DNA of 64,000 nucleotides from a virus, in IMG/VR virus record IMGVR_UViG_3300043411_001118, positions 39,808-103,807 of that record; one strand, given 5' to 3'. Every line of letters starts with the position of its first letter. The stretch's first letter is position 1. The notes beneath the pieces were generated by a model that saw only the letters and a program-made list of their open reading frames with translations, did no database searches and was not told where the DNA came from. Shown in pieces: positions 26,782 through 36,429 of this stretch. The position numbers and the translations under genes are program-made.

Positions 26782-28276
26782 TTATATCTCCTTTATTGGT
26801 TTGAATATCTATTCCACGGCGTTTCATTTCAGCACGAATTTTCTCTAGATCCTTTTCTGCCGAGATCATAATTTTCTTCGCTGTATCGCGATCCTCATAC
26901 ATTTTCATGAGGATTTTTGGAAGAAATCCCTGAACATCATTTCTAAATGTGTATCCACTTGCCGCCAAACTAACACCCCGTTCTTTGATAAGATCAAGAT
27001 GCGAATTATCGACGAGTAAATCAGCTACACTCGTTTCTAATTTTTCTGGTAGAATTGTCTCTGGCGAAATATTCCACTGAGCAATGATGTGAGGATACAG
27101 AGATTTTAAATCGAATGACGCAATGTAATCGTACATTCCAGGAATCGGATCTTTAACATAAGCCCCCTGATAATTCTTACCACCATCGTTATCGACCTTT
27201 GGTGGAAGTACCAATTTCTCTCGTTTGAAAATATTAAAAATAATGCTCTCCCACATTTTAACTTGAGAAAACACATCGATGAAATTGACCTTCGCATCAT
27301 ATGCAAGTCCAATGGCCATCGTTATGATCTGGAGCTTATCTTCTAGCGCCCGAACGAGAACAACGTCTCGCAAGTTGTACTGCAAAAATTTGTTATAGTC
27401 TTCCTTATACATCTTGTGAAGCGATCCATGTTCGGAGTAGTCCAACTTCTTGAGTCCAGTTTCAACCGATGAAATATAATCCAGGGTATAACTAGCTTGG
27501 TTTGGATTTCTTGAGAACTTTTTATAAAGATCAAAATAATCGAGAACCGCGACACCCATCGGTTCTTCGACATCAAACTCTCTTTCATTCCTGGAAAACT
27601 TCCGATGAGATGAAAGTTTCCATGGAGACAATAGCTTCGCTCCATCCTCACCAGATAGTCGATTAATTCGATTTACAATATAGGGAATGTCGAATGATGA
27701 AATATACCAGCCAGTAACAATGTCTGGAATTATTTTATTCCAGAGTGTTAGAAATTTTTCGATCAATTTAACTTCATCGGCGCAATAAATGTACTCAACC
27801 CCGCCCTGATCTCCTGGATCAAATGTTGGACTCAAACCGAACACATAATAGACACCATTCACGCCCATCGTAATTGCATTAATTTTTTCTTGAGCAACTT
27901 CTGGTAGTGGAAATCCGTTTTCTGATTCGCACTCAATATCTAAGTACGCCGTAACAATTTTTGTGTGATCAAAATCTATTGTTTCGTCAAACGTATCAAC
28001 AATATATTGGGATAAGAATCGATCATTTCCGTAGATGGTAATTCCCTCTACGTCTCGATATTTTTTTAGAAAATTTCTTGCTGACTTGATATCATCGAAA
28101 TGGTGACGCTCAACAGATTCTCCCTGATATGTTTTATATTCAGAAGATTTTTTTGACTTCGTGAATAGTGAAGGTTGAAATCCTTTGACCGGAGCTATGA
28201 CGCGCTTACCGTTTTCAATTCCGCGATAAAGAATATCGTTGCCCCAAACTGACACATTCGTATAAAACGGATTCAT
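26768..28276 (-). CDS. gp43: Family B DNA polymerase, N-terminal half (gp43A: exonuclease plus motif A)
   Basis: DIECE, FDIPY, YN..DV, SFDLKSLYP. Confidence 0.95.
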   Translation of the reverse strand: MNPFYTNVSVWGNDILYRGIENGKRVIAPVKGFQPSLFTKSKKSSEYKTYQGESVERHHFDDIKSARNFLKKYRDVEGITIYGNDRFLSQYIVDTFDETIDFDHTKIVTAYLDIECESENGFPLPEVAQEKINAITMGVNGVYYVFGLSPTFDPGDQGGVEYIYCADEVKLIEKFLTLWNKIIPDIVTGWYISSFDIPYIVNRINRLSGEDGAKLLSPWKLSSHRKFSRNEREFDVEEPMGVAVLDYFDLYKKFSRNPNQASYTLDYISSVETGLKKLDYSEHGSLHKMYKEDYNKFLQYNLRDVVLVRALEDKLQIITMAIGLAYDAKVNFIDVFSQVKMWESIIFNIFKREKLVLPPKVDNDGGKNYQGAYVKDPIPGMYDYIASFDLKSLYPHIIAQWNISPETILPEKLETSVADLLVDNSHLDLIKERGVSLAASGYTFRNDVQGFLPKILMKMYEDRDTAKKIMISAEKDLEKIRAEMKRRGIDIQTNKGDINASL

Positions 28277-28283
28277 TAAACAA

Positions 28284-28574
28284 TTAACCCTTGATCAAAG
28301 TTGGAATTGCTATGTTACTTACAAATTGAGTATATGAATTTTGTAATTTGTCCATAACCTTATCAATGACATATGATACCGCGCTACGGGGAATGTGTAT
28401 AGTTTTAGCGTCCGATAACATTTCCACGATGTTAGACATCGTTGGTTGAATTTTGTCATGAGTTTGAATTAGATGAAGATTGACCGGTTTTTCAATCGTA
28501 TAACCTTCATCAGAAGATATCAATTTTCCAATGACCATAGGATTTCCGATCAAAACCAAGATAACGATTTCCAT
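28284..28574 (-). CDS. Conserved hypothetical (Sm-like) protein upstream of gp43
   Basis: Synteny; GAGG RBS. Confidence 0.6.
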   Translation of the reverse strand: MEIVILVLIGNPMVIGKLISSDEGYTIEKPVNLHLIQTHDKIQPTMSNIVEMLSDAKTIHIPRSAVSYVIDKVMDKLQNSYTQFVSNIAIPTLIKG

Positions 28575-28590
28575 TTAAAACCTCTTAAAT

Positions 28591-28619
28591 AAAAAAGGAC
28601 CGGCTTGTGGCCGGTCCTT
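28591..28619 (-). terminator. Intrinsic terminator after the lysozyme gene
   Basis: AAGGACCGGC-CACAA-GCCGGTCCTT followed by T-run. Confidence 0.85.
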
Positions 28620-28647
28620 CATGGAGTACACAATTAGAACTTTTAAG

Positions 28648-29379
28648 CTATTCCACGCCCCTAAGTTCTTTATCTTGTTTATGCCGGATTCCAAATTCTG
28701 TCAAGAACCATGACAGTGCGCCAAGTGCCAACACAGCCGATTGACCCAGTGGACCGTCCGGATATAACTCAATGACGGCCTGTAGAATGGCCGTAGCGAA
28801 GAGTCCGAGCCTACCAAGCAGAACCTTTTTTCCATCAATAAATTTGAACAGACCAGCCAAAAGGGGAATCCTTTCAAACATTGTTCTGACAACAACATCG
28901 TTAACCACCTGATTTGTTTTGATGACTAATTTTTTTGCTTCCTTAACCACAACACTCTCCGTAAACAAATTAATTTCAAAATTTCTTCTATTGATCAGAC
29001 CCTTATTTATATGATTTTTAACATAGATCCATCTTCTCATTTGTGCTGGAACTTCATCAAACTTTAAACAATTTATTTTCTTAAGAAGTGTGGACTGTCG
29101 AAAAGCATTAATTCCGACATTAAAAACAAAAGAAACAAGAGCATCAAACTGGTTTTGATTTAATTTTGCAACTACATGTTGATTAATACAATCTTCTGAT
29201 TCGCGCACATCCCGAATTAAAAATTCTTCGGCTTTTTCTTCGGTAATTTCCATGTCCGGAACAACATTTTTTGTTGTGCCATATCCAATCGTCCAGACCC
29301 CACCCTCATCCGGGTAAGATTTTAGTCTTAGATCCTCAAGAGATTTTAAAAACAATAATCCGCTGGCACTTAATTTCAT
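28648..29379 (-). CDS. GH24 lysozyme with C-terminal two-TM (holin-like) domain
   Basis: E-x8-D-x5-T triad (EDLRLKSYPDEGGVWTIGYG), NQFDALVSF.FNVG, GLINRR; hydrophobic tail. Confidence 0.9.
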   Translation of the reverse strand: MKLSASGLLFLKSLEDLRLKSYPDEGGVWTIGYGTTKNVVPDMEITEEKAEEFLIRDVRESEDCINQHVVAKLNQNQFDALVSFVFNVGINAFRQSTLLKKINCLKFDEVPAQMRRWIYVKNHINKGLINRRNFEINLFTESVVVKEAKKLVIKTNQVVNDVVVRTMFERIPLLAGLFKFIDGKKVLLGRLGLFATAILQAVIELYPDGPLGQSAVLALGALSWFLTEFGIRHKQDKELRGVE

Positions 29380-29387
29380 CCATTTAT

Positions 29388-30038
29388 TTAGGTGTCAACA
29401 TTAATCAAACAAATTTCTGTATCCATAAAAAATGGTTTGTTGTTTGGTCGATATTGAGAATCACAAATTGAAGCATTGATAAATGTAGTACCAGTTTCTT
29501 GATCTAACTTACAGCCGTATGCTTCGTGAATATGTCCGAACACATGAAATTTTGGTTTGACAACCTTAACACAATCCCACAAATCCGGACACCCAACTAC
29601 ATCTCCATCATCTGTTTTATCTAACATTCCGAATGGTGGACAGTGTGTAACTAAGATATCTAATCCAGATGGAACCATAGCCCACTTCTCTACCAATTTT
29701 TCTGAAGAAAGGTTGAATGCCCAATCACAAAAAATTGGTTGATATGGGGAACCGTAGATTCTAACTCCATCGATAACAACCTCTTCATCCTCTAGGTAAG
29801 TAACATTGAATAACATTTCCTTGGCTAACTTCTTATTTGTGTCACACAACCAATCGTGATTTCCAGCAACAAAAAGTTTGTGCTTATGAGGAAGTTTACC
29901 AATCCAAAAATTGAACTCAGAGATTTCGGAAACCGTACCACCCATGGTAGCATCTCCGGAATGAATTAATATATCTCCATCAGGAACAACCAACTTGTTA
30001 GTTCTTGAATGTGTGTCCGAAATAAAAACGATCCTCAT
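29388..30038 (-). CDS. Metallophosphoesterase
   Basis: SDTH, HSGD, GNHD, THCPP, GHIHE. Confidence 0.9.
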   Translation of the reverse strand: MRIVFISDTHSRTNKLVVPDGDILIHSGDATMGGTVSEISEFNFWIGKLPHKHKLFVAGNHDWLCDTNKKLAKEMLFNVTYLEDEEVVIDGVRIYGSPYQPIFCDWAFNLSSEKLVEKWAMVPSGLDILVTHCPPFGMLDKTDDGDVVGCPDLWDCVKVVKPKFHVFGHIHEAYGCKLDQETGTTFINASICDSQYRPNNKPFFMDTEICLINVDT

Positions 30039-31291
30039 CGATAAGTTCCTTGTCTACGAATAGAATTAAATCTGAGACACGCGCCCCCACCCAATTCAAC
30101 AAATCCCCACTCCCCGTCCAACTTCTCATAAAGTTCTGAAGGATGTTCTCCTGAGCAATTTCCCATATACCATCGATGAGTATTTGGAAGTTCTGAAAAT
30201 GTTCCGTAGTAACAAAACTCCGCAACTGGTTTTCCAAATCGATCAATTACAGTTAAACGATCTCCAACTTTTCCAGATTTCTGAATAATCAATAATTGCT
30301 TATTTCCTCTAGAGTCACCTTCATTTGGTTGACCATTACAATATGCCTCAGCATCTGTTTTATTAATTTCCTTTCCTGGCATGATGTCCCGAACAGTTTT
30401 GCATCGTTTTGGTGCCTCTGGTTTAAATTCTTCTGGTAACATAACCAAATAAGCTTGCTCAAATTGTTCGGATGTTGGTTTATTAGTTCTCTCTAGTGGC
30501 ATAGTGAACCCATCCTCGCCATTACAACGAAGGTTCAATTCATTCCACCAGCCGTAGGTCTGATGCTCACCAGATATACGATGTTGAAACGCCTTACATC
30601 CTAATTTATTTTCTTGCTTCTTAGGACAATCTGATCGCATGTTATCACCATCAAACATGCTGGCACCATCCCCAGAAACAGAAAATGCCCGAACCTTCGT
30701 TCCGTGTAATTCTTTTTTCATTCCCGCTGGTGTAACCCCACTCATCGGAGAATTGATAATTTGACAAGACGGACAACCGCGCTTCGCGGCTTTTTTCATT
30801 TCGGTTACAAGATTATAATCTTTGACATCGTGTTCGAGTGCTGGAGATATCCACCACTCAACATGCGGATTCAGCAAAACCAAACGATCATTAACTTCTT
30901 TTGCCCTCTGTTCAATTGCTGCTAAATCTGTTGGCTTTGGAACTCCCGGTGGACAAACATTATTTCTCCAACAAGTAGCGTCAATCAAATCAATCTGAAC
31001 TAATTCGAGACCACCCAGATCAATTCTTTTTTGAACACAAGGAATCGGATCTCCGAATGTAGCTAGCAAGGTTGACATTGCTGGAAGTTTTGGAGCCTTC
31101 AAAAATCGTGGACAATATTTTGCTACAGCGAGAACATCATACCCCTGTTTCGTTTTCTTGCCGTTTGTTTCGACCAAATCTAATTCAGATAAATTTTGGC
31201 TTCGAGCAACAGATTGAACTTGTATGTCATTGTTAGTCGCCGAACAAGAACACAAGATAGAGACTAAGATCAGGCCAATTATTTTTTTCAT
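30035..31291 (-). CDS. Cys-rich lipoprotein of unknown function
   Basis: MKKIIGLILVSILCSC lipobox; 418 aa. Confidence 0.7.
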   Translation of the reverse strand: MKKIIGLILVSILCSCSATNNDIQVQSVARSQNLSELDLVETNGKKTKQGYDVLAVAKYCPRFLKAPKLPAMSTLLATFGDPIPCVQKRIDLGGLELVQIDLIDATCWRNNVCPPGVPKPTDLAAIEQRAKEVNDRLVLLNPHVEWWISPALEHDVKDYNLVTEMKKAAKRGCPSCQIINSPMSGVTPAGMKKELHGTKVRAFSVSGDGASMFDGDNMRSDCPKKQENKLGCKAFQHRISGEHQTYGWWNELNLRCNGEDGFTMPLERTNKPTSEQFEQAYLVMLPEEFKPEAPKRCKTVRDIMPGKEINKTDAEAYCNGQPNEGDSRGNKQLLIIQKSGKVGDRLTVIDRFGKPVAEFCYYGTFSELPNTHRWYMGNCSGEHPSELYEKLDGEWGFVELGGGACLRFNSIRRQGTYR

Positions 31292-31300
31292 TTCTTTCCT

Positions 31301-31840
31301 TTAAAAATCTTCGTGAAGTAATTCGTGAATAGTATCCATCGGATCTGCATGATAATGGTGTAAAGAATTCCACAGTCTCGGAAACAATATTGCATCCCCG
31401 CCGTGTTCTTTAAATTGATTTACGTTGTGATCGTAATCATCAAGTAAAATTTTGTTAGGACATGCCATCAAATATTTGTTTGGTCCAATCATGTACCGTC
31501 TAAATTTTGGATGGATGTGTTTTTTCATCCACAAAACTTTCTGAGATGCCGACTGTTCACTCCTAGATGGAGATGTCGCAATATACCAATTATTTTTAAA
31601 TCGGGTTTCGGCAATCTCAAGAATTTGTTTTGCCCATGGATATGGTTCTAAATCGACCCAAAAATTTGGGAATGCGTTGACCCGATCCCAAATTTCATCT
31701 TCAGACATCCCAAACACTTTGGTAATATCGTAGACTCCGAGTGGATAGTCGATACTATCCAAGGGACGATTCAATACTTTGCAAAGACCGCCCACAAAAT
31801 CTACGAGAACCCCATCCATGTCGATTAATAGTTTTTTCAT
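31301..31840 (-). CDS. HAD-family 5'(3')-deoxyribonucleotidase
   Basis: DMDGVLVD, K..W, LLDD. Confidence 0.85.
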   Translation of the reverse strand: MKKLLIDMDGVLVDFVGGLCKVLNRPLDSIDYPLGVYDITKVFGMSEDEIWDRVNAFPNFWVDLEPYPWAKQILEIAETRFKNNWYIATSPSRSEQSASQKVLWMKKHIHPKFRRYMIGPNKYLMACPNKILLDDYDHNVNQFKEHGGDAILFPRLWNSLHHYHADPMDTIHELLHEDF

Positions 31841-32307
31841 ATCTTGATAAAGCACATCCATTTAGTCTTGCCAGTTTTGCCACTAGTATGCCCAAACAAC
31901 GGAGTTTTAGAAAAACAATCCAGAACCTCGTTTAACTTGATTTCGCAAACGCTCCATTTAAAGATCAGCGTTCCGTTAGGTTTTAATACTCGCCAGCACT
32001 CGTCAAATCCTTGTCGTAGATCCTGTCGCCAAGTTTCCTGGTTCAGTGTTCCATATTTTTTATCCATTAAACCTTCCACACCCTCTTTCATGTGCGGCGG
32101 GTCAAAAAGGATGAGCGAGAAACTGTCGTCATCGAACGGCATTTTTCTAAAGTCAACTAACTGATCTGGCTCTACCAGATGGTTTGGTTGTTCTTTGATA
32201 TGCCCTTTCCGCGCCTTTCTATTGTCAATATACAGGACATTCGGATGTTTTTTATTGAACCAACAATACCGCCCTCCACAGCAAGCATCTAAAATTATCT
32301 TGCTCAT
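31837..32307 (-). CDS. SAM-dependent amino-methyltransferase
   Basis: ILDACCG, FDPPH, RVLKPNGTLIFKW. Confidence 0.85.
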   Translation of the reverse strand: MSKIILDACCGGRYCWFNKKHPNVLYIDNRKARKGHIKEQPNHLVEPDQLVDFRKMPFDDDSFSLILFDPPHMKEGVEGLMDKKYGTLNQETWRQDLRQGFDECWRVLKPNGTLIFKWSVCEIKLNEVLDCFSKTPLFGHTSGKTGKTKWMCFIKI

Positions 32308-32325
32308 AACTCCCTTTTACAAAGT

Positions 32326-32709
32326 CTAAAATGGTATGTCGTTATCTTTAACATCTGGCTTCTTTTCTTCGTTCACTACCTGATCACCATTGTAATTTCC
32401 CTCTGCACCACCAGCGCGGAATGCCTCGATTGCAAATTCTTTAGTAACTGGAGCCTGAGTACATAGTACATCATGAACCGCCTTCCATTTATGAAATCGC
32501 GCTAGATCATCTGGCCAATCAACATTAAATGCAACCAAATTTAAATTTCCATACATCAACTTTGGTTTTACAGATGGATTCTCACTAACTTTCCATGCCC
32601 ACAAAGATCTATAATCTGCATCTGATAGTGCAACCACCAAATCAATATCAGAATCTTCTCTAGGATAGCCGTATACTCTAGATCCTGTGATATAAGATTT
32701 CATTTCCAT
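32326..32709 (-). CDS. Minimal Pol-beta-family nucleotidyltransferase
   Basis: GSRVYG...SDID. Confidence 0.75.
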   Translation of the reverse strand: MEMKSYITGSRVYGYPREDSDIDLVVALSDADYRSLWAWKVSENPSVKPKLMYGNLNLVAFNVDWPDDLARFHKWKAVHDVLCTQAPVTKEFAIEAFRAGGAEGNYNGDQVVNEEKKPDVKDNDIPF

Positions 32710-32711
32710 AA

Positions 32712-33455
32712 TTATTTCCCAGTTGATCCAAATCCTCCGATTCGGATTGTTTTTACTTTAGGTTCTTTTCTCATAATTCTTGTTGTGCATTGGATATAGG
32801 TATTGATTTCTCCCTGGACGATTCGATCACCATTTTTGATAGTGATTGGAGTCCTGGATAAATTGATGATCGGTGCCATGACTTCATCGACATAATCCTC
32901 ATCGACAACCCCCTCCCCATTCACTAGGGACACACCCTCTTTCAAGGACAATCCAGAACGAGGATGCAACCGAACCATATGCTTCTTTGGGATGTCTAAT
33001 TTGAATCCAAGTGGAACAAGCACCCTCTCATTTGGCTGAACCACAATACCATCAGCTTTTAAAGTGATATCATGAACCTTGTTTAGCGCGTCAAAAAATT
33101 TTACAACCATTCCATTCTCTAGGTTCGCGTAGCAATCGAAACACGCCGATCCAGGAGTCATGTACTCAGGAAGTTTAGCAGTATCCCGCACCAGAAAAAT
33201 TCCAAGGGATGGCGGTTCAACATATGTTGTTGGTTTTTTATTGTTGGTCTTTTTAACTGTCGTTGGTGTGTGGTTTTTTATAACCTCCACGATTTTTTCG
33301 ACTTCACCACAGCCGTTATCTTCTTGTGTATATTCACAAACCAACAACCCAGAAGGAGATTTATCATCCACGGCCTCTGGTAAAATTTCCTGAACATCCT
33401 GATCTGGTTTAATGCTAGTTATTTTATCTGATAAAATTAAAACATCTTCTGTCAT
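32712..33455 (-). CDS. dut: Trimeric dUTPase with N-terminal extension
   Basis: SACFD, PRSGL, GVVDEDY, GDRIVQ, RIGGFGSTG; ATG overlaps regA stop. Confidence 0.92.
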   Translation of the reverse strand: MTEDVLILSDKITSIKPDQDVQEILPEAVDDKSPSGLLVCEYTQEDNGCGEVEKIVEVIKNHTPTTVKKTNNKKPTTYVEPPSLGIFLVRDTAKLPEYMTPGSACFDCYANLENGMVVKFFDALNKVHDITLKADGIVVQPNERVLVPLGFKLDIPKKHMVRLHPRSGLSLKEGVSLVNGEGVVDEDYVDEVMAPIINLSRTPITIKNGDRIVQGEINTYIQCTTRIMRKEPKVKTIRIGGFGSTGK

Positions 33456-33856
33456 TTTTCTTCCTTTTTTAAACCAAGCTGATATTTTGGTGAGAGTGTC
33501 CATATATTTTTTTCACCATGAGGAATAACTTTAACCTTTGCATCTGAATTTTCGACTTTGGTTCGATCTATAATTTTGATCCAACCCCATTGCTCCAACA
33601 ACAATGCAATTTTATTTCTACGCGCAACATCCTCTGGAGATAGTGTTGTTTCCTTTCCATCGAGCGCATACAATTCTTTAAAATGAACAATGTAATATTT
33701 TGTTCTTTTATTTTTCGATAATATATGGCAACTCTGAAAGAGTGTCTTTGACTTATGTGAAGGAATTCCCATTCTCGTTAGTGTCTCTCTAACAATATTA
33801 AATGAGTCTTCCTTGACCAATTCTACTTCCAGTAAGGAATCTACAACCTCTGTCAT
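33452..33856 (-). CDS. regA: Translational repressor RegA
   Basis: VRETLTRMG, LFQSCHIL, YYIVHFKEL, RRNKIA.LL..WG. Confidence 0.95.
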   Translation of the reverse strand: MTEVVDSLLEVELVKEDSFNIVRETLTRMGIPSHKSKTLFQSCHILSKNKRTKYYIVHFKELYALDGKETTLSPEDVARRNKIALLLEQWGWIKIIDRTKVENSDAKVKVIPHGEKNIWTLSPKYQLGLKKEEK

Positions 33857-33857
33857 T

Positions 33858-34238
33858 TCAATCTCTAATATTATTTTCTTGTCGATATAATAAATATTCA
33901 TCGACCAGTGGTTCTGGAAGAATCTTCAATGCATCATTTAGCTTCTTTGTACTATACCCAAAATATTTTTTCAGTAAAGTATGCCTTTCGTTCTTCTCTA
34001 TTTTCTTAAATTTTAAAAACCTGCGACCCCTACGAATCGAAGACATTAAAAAATCGTGATGCATCTGTTTGCTGATTCCATGCAACAGATTCATTTCATG
34101 AGCGATAATGACCGTATCTATTGAATTTGAGAGCATCCTATTGATGACAAATGGAACATACTCTTTTTTGTTCTCATCTCTGAGTAGTCCTTTTTTGTGG
34201 TTAGTAACGTCATTTAAAAAATCAAACAACTTGGTCAT
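33858..34238 (-). CDS. gp62: Clamp loader small subunit
   Basis: Y.PFVINR.LS, EMN, YFGYS; synteny. Confidence 0.9.
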   Translation of the reverse strand: MTKLFDFLNDVTNHKKGLLRDENKKEYVPFVINRMLSNSIDTVIIAHEMNLLHGISKQMHHDFLMSSIRRGRRFLKFKKIEKNERHTLLKKYFGYSTKKLNDALKILPEPLVDEYLLYRQENNIRD

Positions 34239-35179
34239 TTGAGTAATGCCTTTCCTTTGATCTCAACCAAACAGGCAAGGACATGAATGTACTTGTCTGC
34301 TGCCATGTGGTGATGCATTTGAAATTTACCAAGAATTTTAATCAGTGATTGAAGTGCTAAATCATCTGCCACATATTTTTTTAGTGTCGAATACATCGTG
34401 GAATAAATTGTTTCGGCATCTTCAGTATAATTTCCCAACACCCAATCTTCTAATTCAGTATGGCCCTTACTTTTTACAACCTCGTAGATCTCTTCTTTTT
34501 TCTTAACAACCAAAATTCCTTCATCGATCAATCCATGGGCTTTAGAGTAGACCTCTAAATCCATGATCATCCCGCGCAAATCTGGAAATTTTCTTGCAAC
34601 GAATGCAGCCACAGCCTTTGGTGTGTATGTAATTTTTTCATTATCTAGAATGGCAACAATTCGTTTTAATGATTGTTCCGCAACAACTTGCTTTTCTTGT
34701 TGTGACAAGCCAAATTTTATTTCATGAAATCTAGAGTGTAGAGCATCGATTATTCGTGATGGATGATTCACAGTAAAGATAAATCGAACGTTTTCTGAAT
34801 ATTGTTCACTGAAAGATCTGAGCGCCGGTTGCGTACTAGATTGATTCAAATGATCAGCTTCATCAATCAATACAATTTTTTGGCCTCCGAGCAAACTTTT
34901 TGTTGTTGAAAAATCTTTTATTTTTGTTCGGAATACATCAATTCCTGATTCATCGGAACCATTGATAAAAATATATGTAGCATTTAATTCATTGATTATG
35001 GCTAGTGCCAGTGAAGTTTTTCCGGTTCCGGGACTTCCAGATAAAATCAGATTAGGAATCGATCCGTCTTTTAAAAATGATTTCGCTTCTTTAAGGATTC
35101 TTTCTGGGAGTACACAACCAGAAACTTTAGTGGGTCTGTATTTTTCTACCCACAGATTTTGTATGATATTTTCCATCAT
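34235..35179 (-). CDS. gp44: Clamp loader large subunit
   Basis: WVEKYRP, GSPGTGKT, DEAD. Confidence 0.95.
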   Translation of the reverse strand: MMENIIQNLWVEKYRPTKVSGCVLPERILKEAKSFLKDGSIPNLILSGSPGTGKTSLALAIINELNATYIFINGSDESGIDVFRTKIKDFSTTKSLLGGQKIVLIDEADHLNQSSTQPALRSFSEQYSENVRFIFTVNHPSRIIDALHSRFHEIKFGLSQQEKQVVAEQSLKRIVAILDNEKITYTPKAVAAFVARKFPDLRGMIMDLEVYSKAHGLIDEGILVVKKKEEIYEVVKSKGHTELEDWVLGNYTEDAETIYSTMYSTLKKYVADDLALQSLIKILGKFQMHHHMAADKYIHVLACLVEIKGKALLK

Positions 35180-35339
35180 TGACCCTCTTCAAATATTTCT
35201 CTGCAATCTTCTCGCAACGTGCAGCACGAGCCTGTAACCGTCTGCAATTTGCGCCGTGTGCTTGACAAGATTCTTGATGTAGATGAGATGCCAATTGAAT
35301 GAATTTCAATGCTCGAATTTCTATCTGAAGTCGATCCAT
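35127..35339 (-). CDS. Possible small hypothetical protein between gp45 and gp44 (frame uncertain)
   Basis: Fills a 170-bp gap; an alternative frame 35176-35391 also exists. Confidence 0.35.
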   Translation of the reverse strand: MDRLQIEIRALKFIQLASHLHQESCQAHGANCRRLQARAARCEKIAEKYLKRVNDGKYHTKSVGRKIQTH

Positions 35340-35347
35340 AGATCGAT

Positions 35348-36028
35348 TTATTTATTTTTCTTTGCATGTGATGGTAGTAAAGTTGATGCAATCCAGTATG
35401 TTACCTTGCATGTTGTGTTTCTAAAAATGATTCGATCATCCAACACCGTTAGCTCATAGTCTCCATCAAGTAAGTCCAAATACTGAATTGAAATGTAAAC
35501 TTGAAACGGCTTGTTTGATTTTACAGAAGTCTTTTTTGTGAATTGATGTTTGTGTGACTCACTTCTTTGATGTATCACCACTTCGACATTATTTTCTTTG
35601 TCTGTTCTGATACAGAGATCATCCAATTTCAAAGACGCAGAAACCTTAGAAATTCTTTTTAGTTCGTCTTTGGTCAGTGTAATTTTTGAAAACGCGCCAT
35701 CCTCTGGAATCTTACCCCGTTTCTTAACAACCCTCAGTGTTATTGGATCTGCCGTTCGATACATTACCTCTTCTTCTAAAGAGGAAATATGAACAAAATC
35801 CTTTTCAATTTTAATTTCTGCATCTTTAATTAATTTTAAAACGCCAAGAAATGATGTAAGATCATACAAATAAAATTCATCATCAAATGCATCTTCGAGT
35901 GTCGCCTCAGCAATTACATGGTGTTCCGGGGAAGCACAAAGAATTGTGTTCCCTTTCGGGATATAGATTTCTTGATTTATGTGAGAAAAATTTTCGAGGA
36001 TGTCAAAGGACGATTCAGAAAGTTTCAT
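35348..36028 (-). CDS. gp45: Sliding clamp
   Basis: MKLS....IL.NFS.IN, YDL..FL, YWIA; synteny. Confidence 0.9.
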   Translation of the reverse strand: MKLSESSFDILENFSHINQEIYIPKGNTILCASPEHHVIAEATLEDAFDDEFYLYDLTSFLGVLKLIKDAEIKIEKDFVHISSLEEEVMYRTADPITLRVVKKRGKIPEDGAFSKITLTKDELKRISKVSASLKLDDLCIRTDKENNVEVVIHQRSESHKHQFTKKTSVKSNKPFQVYISIQYLDLLDGDYELTVLDDRIIFRNTTCKVTYWIASTLLPSHAKKNK

Positions 36029-36049
36029 GGTTTAATTTTTGAATTAAGT

Positions 36050-36077
36050 GGCTGGAGACCATTATCGATCTCCAGCC
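36050..36077. other. Hairpin upstream of gp45
   Basis: GGCTGGAGA-N10-TCTCCAGCC. Confidence 0.5.
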
Positions 36078-36119
36078 TAGCAGGAACACAGTAGTTTAAC
36101 GGACAAAAAACCAAATCAA

Positions 36120-36359
36120 CTAAGCATTTAGAGAGTAATGATTAACTCGTTCACCTCTTCGCGGCCCAGTCTTGAAAACCTTGGTTGACAGCTTGATCGG
36201 TAGACGCTTAGTTTTGCGTAGTTCAGATACACGAGATGACAGGCTTTGGATGCCATATTTTTCACGAGCCTCTTCGGTCGTTAGAGTCTTGCCCTTTCGT
36301 AGCATAGTCTCGATCAATTCATTTTGCGTTTTAGCGCGTTTTGTAGTGTTAGTAGCCAT
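36120..36359 (-). CDS. Winged helix-turn-helix protein
   Basis: LT..EA...YGI.SL.SRVSELR pattern. Confidence 0.75.
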   Translation of the reverse strand: MATNTTKRAKTQNELIETMLRKGKTLTTEEAREKYGIQSLSSRVSELRKTKRLPIKLSTKVFKTGPRRGERVNHYSLNA

Positions 36360-36429
36360 TTAAATTCTCCTAAGTTTTAAGAAGTAAAAATTCATTCTAC
36401 ATCAAATCAGAAATCCGTAAAGTGTAAAT

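Noticed and set aside
29388-33455. Hypermodified-base synthesis pathway
   Set aside because: No hydroxymethylase, glycosyltransferase, PurZ or deazaguanine genes recognised in the window
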